From Octopus vulgaris (lineage: Eukaryota): a stretch of DNA of 6,501 bases. The stretch is from contig CATOCA020000090.1 of the NCBI GenBank assembly GCA_951406725.2, forward strand, positions 1-6,501, in the 5' to 3' direction. Numbering within the stretch: the stretch's first letter is position 1; the number at the start of each line of letters is the position of its first letter. Shown piece by piece: positions 1 through 6,501 of this stretch. The notes beneath the pieces were generated by a model. The model was not told the DNA's origin, ran no database searches, and saw only the letters and a list, made by a program, of their open reading frames with translations. The position numbers and the translations under genes were made by a program.

Positions 1-130
1 GTTTTTCCGTGAGAGTTTGGCGCGCTGTTGGTTGGGGCATTTGAATTATAACGTCCGATGTAATCAATTGAACCGCACGCGTAATTATCGTTATGGTAAA
101 ATCTGGCGTGTGATTGAGTGGATTTCATCA

Positions 131-222
131 AGATAGCCTTGGCTGAAGAGCTACAAATGGATTACTGTAAGTAATATTACATTTAATTCATTAATAGCGA
201 AACAATTGTCCCAAGATAATCT
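131..222 (+). ncRNA. Type I hammerhead ribozyme, copy 1 (predicted cleavage after C210, GUC triplet)
   Basis: Stem I is CTTGG 138-142 / CCAAG 211-215, extended by AGAT 131-134 / ATCT 219-222. Core CTGAAGA 143-149 matches CUGANGA. Stem II base is GCTA 150-153 / TAGC 195-198, followed by GAAA 199-202. Stem III is AC 202-203 / GT 208-209 around AATT, with H17 = C210. All conserved core nucleotides are present in the correct order. Confidence 0.93.
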
Positions 223-745
223 GTATTTTTGTTATTTTTTATTTGCCCTGTCCGTGTGAACTAACAGTCGTACCGGCTTTCATGGGAAACATGTATTTTT
301 CGTGGTTGAAACCTCTTGGATTAACTGGTGCTAGAGTGATCAATATAGTGAACACTCTCTTATATTTATTTTGTGAAAATATTATAATATGTTATAAAAT
401 ATTATAATAATCCAGGTTTCTCGTAGCACTAGGCCACTTGGTGTGGAATAAATATACTATTAAATTAGTATCTAATTCTCTCACCCTTATTAATTAATTA
501 TAATTATGCTGCATTTATTTCTAAATGCTGTATTTGTTTTTCCGTGAGAGTTTGGCGCGCTGTTGGTTGGGGCATTTGAATTATAACGTCCGATGTAATC
601 AATTGAACCGCACGCGTAATTATCGTTATGGTAAAATCTGGCGTGTGATTGAGTGGATTTCATCAAGATAGCCTTGGCTGAAGAGCTACAAATGGATTAC
701 TGTAAGTAATATTACATTTAATTCATTAATAGCGAAACAATTGTC
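211..745 (+). ncRNA. Predicted 535-nt self-processed monomer RNA (cleavage site to cleavage site; candidate circular RNA). Representative of 11 such monomers up to 6095
   Basis: Defined by consecutive hammerhead cleavage sites at 210/211 and 745/746, with extensive predicted intramolecular pairing. Expression is not demonstrated. Confidence 0.55.
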
Positions 746-757
746 CCAAGATAATCT
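666..757 (+). ncRNA. Type I hammerhead ribozyme, copy 2 (cleavage after 745)
   Basis: Same sequence as 131-222 (offset +535). Confidence 0.92.
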
Positions 758-1200
758 GTATTTTTGTTATTTTTTATTTGCCCTGTCCGTGTGAACTAAC
801 AGTCGTACCGGCTTTCATGGGAAACATGTATTTTTCGTGGTTGAAACCTCTTGGATTAACTAGTGCTAGAGTGATCAATATAGTGAACACTCTCTTATAT
901 TTATTTTGTGAAAATATTATAATATGTTATAAAATATTATAATAATCCAGGTTTCTCGTAGCACTAGGCCACTTGGTGTGGAATAAATATACTATTAAAT
1001 TAGTATCTAATTCTCTCACCCTTATTAATTAATTATAATTATGCTGCATTTATTTCTAAATGCTGTATTTGTTTTTCCGTGAGAGTTTGGCGCGCTGTTG
1101 GTTGGGGCATTTGAATTATAACGTCCGATGTAATCAATTGAACCGCACGCGTAATTATCGTTATGGTAAAATCTGGCGTGTGATTGAGTGGATTTCATCA

Positions 1201-1292
1201 AGATAGCCTTGGCTGAAGAGCTACAAATGGATTACTGTAAGTAATATTACATTTAATTCATTAATAGCGAAACAATTGTCCCAAGATAATCT
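1201..1292 (+). ncRNA. Type I hammerhead ribozyme, copy 3 (cleavage after 1280)
   Basis: Same sequence as 131-222 (offset +1070). Confidence 0.92.
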
Positions 1293-1735
1293 GTATTTTT
1301 GTTATTTTTTATTTGCCCTGTCCGTGTGAACTAACAGTCGTACCGGCTTTCATGGGAAACATGTATTTTTCGTGGTTGAAACCTCTTGGATTAACTAGTG
1401 CTAGAGTGATCAATATAGTGAACACTCTCTTATATTTATTTTGTGAAAATATTATAATATGTTATAAAATATTATAATAATCCAGGTTTCTCGTAGCACT
1501 AGGCCACTTGGTGTGGAATAAATATACTATTAAATTAGTATCTAATTCTCTCACCCTTATTAATTAATTATAATTATGCTGCATTTATTTCTAAATGCTG
1601 TATTTGTTTTTCCGTGAGAGTTTGGCGCGCTGTTGGTTGGGGCATTTGAATTATAACGTCCGATGTAATCAATTGAACCGCACGCGTAATTATCGTTATG
1701 GTAAAATCTGGCGTGTGATTGAGTGGATTTCATCA

Positions 1736-1827
1736 AGATAGCCTTGGCTGAAGAGCTACAAATGGATTACTGTAAGTAATATTACATTTAATTCATTAAT
1801 AGCGAAACAATTGTCCCAAGATAATCT
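1736..1827 (+). ncRNA. Type I hammerhead ribozyme, copy 4 (cleavage after 1815)
   Basis: Same sequence as 131-222 (offset +1605). Confidence 0.92.
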
Positions 1828-2270
1828 GTATTTTTGTTATTTTTTATTTGCCCTGTCCGTGTGAACTAACAGTCGTACCGGCTTTCATGGGAAACATGTA
1901 TTTTTCGTGGTTGAAACCTCTTGGATTAACTAGTGCTAGAGTGATCAATATAGTGAACACTCTCTTATATTTATTTTGTGAAAATATTATAATATGTTAT
2001 AAAATATTATAATAATCCAGGTTTCTCGTAGCACTAGGCCACTTGGTGTGGAATAAATATACTATTAAATTAGTATCTAATTCTCTCACCCTTATTAATT
2101 AATTATAATTATGCTGCATTTATTTCTAAATGCTGTATTTGTTTTTCCGTGAGAGTTTGGCGCGCTGTTGGTTGGGGCATTTGAATTATAACGTCCGATG
2201 TAATCAATTGAACCGCACGCGTAATTATCGTTATGGTAAAATCTGGCGTGTGATTGAGTGGATTTCATCA

Positions 2271-2362
2271 AGATAGCCTTGGCTGAAGAGCTACAAATGG
2301 ATTACTGTAAGTAATATTACATTTAATTCATTAATAGCGAAACAATTGTCCCAAGATAATCT
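2271..2362 (+). ncRNA. Type I hammerhead ribozyme, copy 5 (cleavage after 2350)
   Basis: Same sequence as 131-222 (offset +2140). Confidence 0.92.
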
Positions 2363-2805
2363 GTATTTTTGTTATTTTTTATTTGCCCTGTCCGTGTGAA
2401 CTAACAGTCGTACCGGCTTTCATGGGAAACATGTATTTTTCGTGGTTGAAACCTCTTGGATTAACTAGTGCTAGAGTGATCAATATAGTGAACACTCTCT
2501 TATATTTATTTTGTGAAAATATTATAATATGTTATAAAATATTATAATAATCCAGGTTTCTCGTAGCACTAGGCCACTTGGTGTGGAATAAATATACTAT
2601 TAAATTAGTATCTAATTCTCTCACCCTTATTAATTAATTATAATTATGCTGCATTTATTTCTAAATGCTGTATTTGTTTTTCCGTGAGAGTTTGGCGCGC
2701 TGTTGGTTGGGGCATTTGAATTATAACGTCCGATGTAATCAATTGAACCGCACGCGTAATTATCGTTATGGTAAAATCTGGCGTGTGATTGAGTGGATTT
2801 CATCA

Positions 2806-2897
2806 AGATAGCCTTGGCTGAAGAGCTACAAATGGATTACTGTAAGTAATATTACATTTAATTCATTAATAGCGAAACAATTGTCCCAAGATAATCT
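2806..2897 (+). ncRNA. Type I hammerhead ribozyme, copy 6 (cleavage after 2885)
   Basis: Same sequence as 131-222 (offset +2675). Confidence 0.92.
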
Positions 2898-3340
2898 GTA
2901 TTTTTGTTATTTTTTATTTGCCCTGTCCGTGTGAACTAACAGTCGTACCGGCTTTCATGGGAAACATGTATTTTTCGTGGTTGAAACCTCTTGGATTAAC
3001 TAGTGCTAGAGTGATCAATATAGTGAACACTCTCTTATATTTATTTTGTGAAAATATTATAATATGTTATAAAATATTATAATAATCCAGGTTTCTCGTA
3101 GCACTAGGCCACTTGGTGTGGAATAAATATACTATTAAATTAGTATCTAATTCTCTCACCCTTATTAATTAATTATAATTATGCTGCATTTATTTCTAAA
3201 TGCTGTATTTGTTTTTCCGTGAGAGTTTGGCGCGCTGTTGGTTGGGGCATTTGAATTATAACGTCCGATGTAATCAATTGAACCGCACGCGTAATTATCG
3301 TTATGGTAAAATCTGGCGTGTGATTGAGTGGATTTCATCA

Positions 3341-3432
3341 AGATAGCCTTGGCTGAAGAGCTACAAATGGATTACTGTAAGTAATATTACATTTAATTCA
3401 TTAATAGCGAAACAATTGTCCCAAGATAATCT
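3341..3432 (+). ncRNA. Type I hammerhead ribozyme, copy 7 (cleavage after 3420)
   Basis: Same sequence as 131-222 (offset +3210). Confidence 0.92.
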
Positions 3433-3875
3433 GTATTTTTGTTATTTTTTATTTGCCCTGTCCGTGTGAACTAACAGTCGTACCGGCTTTCATGGGAAAC
3501 ATGTATTTTTCGTGGTTGAAACCTCTTGGATTAACTAGTGCTAGAGTGATCAATATAGTGAACACTCTCTTATATTTATTTTGTGAAAATATTATAATAT
3601 GTTATAAAATATTATAATAATCCAGGTTTCTCGTAGCACTAGGCCACTTGGTGTGGAATAAATATACTATTAAATTAGTATCTAATTCTCTCACCCTTAT
3701 TAATTAATTATAATTATGCTGCATTTATTTCTAAATGCTGTATTTGTTTTTCCGTGAGAGTTTGGCGCGCTGTTGGTTGGGGCATTTGAATTATAACGTC
3801 CGATGTAATCAATTGAACCGCACGCGTAATTATCGTTATGGTAAAATCTGGCGTGTGATTGAGTGGATTTCATCA

Positions 3876-3967
3876 AGATAGCCTTGGCTGAAGAGCTACA
3901 AATGGATTACTGTAAGTAATATTACATTTAATTCATTAATAGCGAAACAATTGTCCCAAGATAATCT
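3876..3967 (+). ncRNA. Type I hammerhead ribozyme, copy 8 (cleavage after 3955)
   Basis: Same sequence as 131-222 (offset +3745). Confidence 0.92.
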
Positions 3968-4410
3968 GTATTTTTGTTATTTTTTATTTGCCCTGTCCGT
4001 GTGAACTAACAGTCGTACCGGCTTTCATGGGAAACATGTATTTTTCGTGGTTGAAACCTCTTGGATTAACTAGTGCTAGAGTGATCAATATAGTGAACAC
4101 TCTCTTATATTTATTTTGTGAAAATATTATAATATGTTATAAAATATTATAATAATCCAGGTTTCTCGTAGCACTAGGCCACTTGGTGTGGAATAAATAT
4201 ACTATTAAATTAGTATCTAATTCTCTCACCCTTATTAATTAATTATAATTATGCTGCATTTATTTCTAAATGCTGTATTTGTTTTTCCGTGAGAGTTTGG
4301 CGCGCTGTTGGTTGGGGCATTTGAATTATAACGTCCGATGTAATCAATTGAACCGCACGCGTAATTATCGTTATGGTAAAATCTGGCGTGTGATTGAGTG
4401 GATTTCATCA

Positions 4411-4502
4411 AGATAGCCTTGGCTGAAGAGCTACAAATGGATTACTGTAAGTAATATTACATTTAATTCATTAATAGCGAAACAATTGTCCCAAGATAAT
4501 CT
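4411..4502 (+). ncRNA. Type I hammerhead ribozyme, copy 9 (cleavage after 4490)
   Basis: Same sequence as 131-222 (offset +4280). Confidence 0.92.
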
Positions 4503-4945
4503 GTATTTTTGTTATTTTTTATTTGCCCTGTCCGTGTGAACTAACAGTCGTACCGGCTTTCATGGGAAACATGTATTTTTCGTGGTTGAAACCTCTTGGA
4601 TTAACTAGTGCTAGAGTGATCAATATAGTGAACACTCTCTTATATTTATTTTGTGAAAATATTATAATATGTTATAAAATATTATAATAATCCAGGTTTC
4701 TCGTAGCACTAGGCCACTTGGTGTGGAATAAATATACTATTAAATTAGTATCTAATTCTCTCACCCTTATTAATTAATTATAATTATGCTGCATTTATTT
4801 CTAAATGCTGTATTTGTTTTTCCGTGAGAGTTTGGCGCGCTGTTGGTTGGGGCATTTGAATTATAACGTCCGATGTAATCAATTGAACCGCACGCGTAAT
4901 TATCGTTATGGTAAAATCTGGCGTGTGATTGAGTGGATTTCATCA

Positions 4946-5037
4946 AGATAGCCTTGGCTGAAGAGCTACAAATGGATTACTGTAAGTAATATTACATTTA
5001 ATTCATTAATAGCGAAACAATTGTCCCAAGATAATCT
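4946..5037 (+). ncRNA. Type I hammerhead ribozyme, copy 10 (cleavage after 5025)
   Basis: Same sequence as 131-222 (offset +4815). Confidence 0.92.
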
Positions 5038-5480
5038 GTATTTTTGTTATTTTTTATTTGCCCTGTCCGTGTGAACTAACAGTCGTACCGGCTTTCATGG
5101 GAAACATGTATTTTTCGTGGTTGAAACCTCTTGGATTAACTAGTGCTAGAGTGATCAATATAGTGAACACTCTCTTATATTTATTTTGTGAAAATATTAT
5201 AATATGTTATAAAATATTATAATAATCCAGGTTTCTCGTAGCACTAGGCCACTTGGTGTGGAATAAATATACTATTAAATTAGTATCTAATTCTCTCACC
5301 CTTATTAATTAATTATAATTATGCTGCATTTATTTCTAAATGCTGTATTTGTTTTTCCGTGAGAGTTTGGCGCGCTGTTGGTTGGGGCATTTGAATTATA
5401 ACGTCCGATGTAATCAATTGAACCGCACGCGTAATTATCGTTATGGTAAAATCTGGCGTGTGATTGAGTGGATTTCATCA

Positions 5481-5572
5481 AGATAGCCTTGGCTGAAGAG
5501 CTACAAATGGATTACTGTAAGTAATATTACATTTAATTCATTAATAGCGAAACAATTGTCCCAAGATAATCT
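5481..5572 (+). ncRNA. Type I hammerhead ribozyme, copy 11 (cleavage after 5560)
   Basis: Same sequence as 131-222 (offset +5350). Confidence 0.92.
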
Positions 5573-6015
5573 GTATTTTTGTTATTTTTTATTTGCCCTG
5601 TCCGTGTGAACTAACAGTCGTACCGGCTTTCATGGGAAACATGTATTTTTCGTGGTTGAAACCTCTTGGATTAACTAGTGCTAGAGTGATCAATATAGTG
5701 AACACTCTCTTATATTTATTTTGTGAAAATATTATAATATGTTATAAAATATTATAATAATCCAGGTTTCTCGTAGCACTAGGCCACTTGGTGTGGAATA
5801 AATATACTATTAAATTAGTATCTAATTCTCTCACCCTTATTAATTAATTATAATTATGCTGCATTTATTTCTAAATGCTGTATTTGTTTTTCCGTGAGAG
5901 TTTGGCGCGCTGTTGGTTGGGGCATTTGAATTATAACGTCCGATGTAATCAATTGAACCGCACGCGTAATTATCGTTATGGTAAAATCTGGCGTGTGATT
6001 GAGTGGATTTCATCA

Positions 6016-6107
6016 AGATAGCCTTGGCTGAAGAGCTACAAATGGATTACTGTAAGTAATATTACATTTAATTCATTAATAGCGAAACAATTGTCCCAAG
6101 ATAATCT
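6016..6107 (+). ncRNA. Type I hammerhead ribozyme, copy 12 (cleavage after 6095)
   Basis: Same sequence as 131-222 (offset +5885). Confidence 0.92.
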
Positions 6108-6385
6108 GTATTTTTGTTATTTTTTATTTGCCCTGTCCGTGTGAACTAACAGTCGTACCGGCTTTCATGGGAAACATGTATTTTTCGTGGTTGAAACCTC
6201 TTGGATTAACTAGTGCTAGAGTGATCAATATAGTGAACACTCTCTTATATTTATTTTGTGAAAATATTATAATATGTTATAAAATATTATAATAATCCAG
6301 GTTTCTCGTAGCACTAGGCCACTTGGTGTGGAATAAATATACTATTAAATTAGTATCTAATTCTCTCACCCTTATTAATTAATTA

Positions 6386-6388
6386 TAA
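6386..6388. other. Deletion junction: 131 bp of the repeat (unit pos 504-535 plus 1-99) missing, with 3-bp microhomology TAA
   Basis: The sequence reads ...TTAATTAATTA-TAA-AATCTGGCGTG... The left side matches the unit to pos 503 and the right side matches from pos 97. TAA is shared by unit 501-503 and 97-99. Confidence 0.95.
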
Positions 6389-6419
6389 AATCTGGCGTGT
6401 GATTGAGTGGATTTCATCA

Positions 6420-6501
6420 AGATAGCCTTGGCTGAAGAGCTACAAATGGATTACTGTAAGTAATATTACATTTAATTCATTAATAGCGAAACAATTGTCC
6501 C
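6420..6501 (+). ncRNA. Type I hammerhead ribozyme, copy 13, cut off by the window edge (cleavage after 6499)
   Basis: Matches unit positions 131-212 (offset +6289). Core, stem II, stem III and GTC are present, but only CC of the 3' arm of stem I lies inside the window. Confidence 0.8.

Larger units (their letters stand above)
1..6501. repeat. Head-to-tail tandem array of a 535-bp unit (11 full copies, a truncated 12th and a partial 13th)
   Basis: GTTTTTCCGTGAGAG recurs at 1, 536, 1071, 1606, 2141, 2676, 3211, 3746, 4281, 4816, 5351 and 5886, an exact period of 535. Copy 12 runs to 6388 (unit pos 503), then the sequence jumps to unit pos 100 and continues to unit pos 212 at the window end. 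The only substitution I saw is G at 327 versus A in the other copies. Hand count gives about 177/535 G+C (~33%). Confidence 0.99.
1..6501 (+). mobile_element. Putative non-autonomous retrozyme / hammerhead-containing satellite array (non-LTR retrozyme or Penelope-like pLTR-derived), or concatemer of a 535-nt circular RNA
   Basis: Tandem non-coding units of a few hundred bp, each with one type I hammerhead, are the established architecture of metazoan non-LTR retrozymes and ribozyme satellites (newt satellite 2, Schistosoma SM-alpha, Dolichopoda pDo500). The palindromic minimal stem III is typical of Penelope-associated hammerheads. No RT ORF, target-site duplication or flank is visible, so mobility is inferred. 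Confidence 0.6.

Noticed and set aside
90-135. Possible minus-strand hammerhead (TTGATGA-AATC...GATT on the reverse complement), which would imply symmetric viroid-like replication
   Set aside because: The core begins UUGAUGA rather than CUGANGA, and no GAAA follows the candidate stem II. I found no antisense ribozyme by eye; a covariance-model search would be needed to exclude one.
208-215. GTCCCAAG, reminiscent of a conserved twister ribozyme segment, and CGTGGTT at 301-307, reminiscent of a pistol ribozyme 5' end
   Set aside because: The remaining twister/pistol stems and pseudoknots could not be built. 208-215 is fully explained as the hammerhead cleavage site plus stem I.
286-295. GAAACATGTA, resembling a second hammerhead 3' half (GAAA, palindromic ACATGT, GUA triplet)
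   Set aside because: There is no upstream CUGANGA and no stem I/II support, and the segment is already used in the central helix.
282-407. + strand ORF, 41 aa (MGNMYFSWLKPLGLT(G/S)ARVINIVNTLLYLFCENIIICYKIL)
   Set aside because: Its length is expected by chance, its hydrophobicity simply reflects AT-rich codons, and I recognise no homology.
490-663. - strand ORF, 57 aa (MKSTQSHARFYHNDNYACGSIDYIGRYNSNAPTNSAPNSHGKTNTAFRNKCSIIIIN)
   Set aside because: No recognisable motif and no supporting signals; chance-level length.
525-671. + strand ORF across the unit junction, 48 aa (MLYLFFRESLARCWLGHLNYNVRCNQLNRTRNYRYGKIWRVIEWISSR), with the frame staying open for about 40 more codons after the TAG
   Set aside because: It is short, has no recognisable domain or translation signals, and overlaps sequence explained by RNA structure. 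Read-through would need a non-standard code for which there is no evidence.
211-745. Endless (rolling-circle translated) ORF on the putative circle
   Set aside because: 535 is not a multiple of 3, so translation would pass through all frames, and the frames I read contain multiple stops.
1-6501. CRISPR array, or tandem 5S rRNA / tRNA / snRNA / spliced-leader gene cluster
   Set aside because: There are no unique spacers because the whole 535-bp unit repeats, and I recognised no cloverleaf, 5S, U snRNA or SL consensus in the unit.
6499-6501. Window ends 2 nt after a predicted cleavage site
   Set aside because: Not exactly at the site and probably an arbitrary window boundary. It would matter only if this is a true contig or read end.

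Overview
The whole window is a head-to-tail tandem array of a 535-bp, ~33% GC, apparently non-coding unit. It holds 11 complete copies from position 1, a 12th copy truncated at unit position 503, then a 131-bp deletion junction and a partial 13th copy. By eye the copies are identical except one A>G substitution at 327. Every unit carries a complete type I hammerhead ribozyme on the + strand: stem I CTTGG/CCAAG, core CTGAAGA...GAAA, an unusually long stem II, a palindromic mini stem III ACAATTGT, and predicted cleavage after GTC at unit position 210. The rest of the unit folds into long, G.U-rich helices that favour the same strand. The best interpretation is a non-autonomous retrozyme / ribozyme-satellite (Penelope-pLTR-like) array, or a rolling-circle concatemer of a 535-nt viroid-like circular RNA. 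A read-through transcript would self-process into 535-nt monomers plus one 404-nt deletion variant. No credible protein-coding gene, tRNA, rRNA or CRISPR array was seen. Host and taxon cannot be determined from the sequence.
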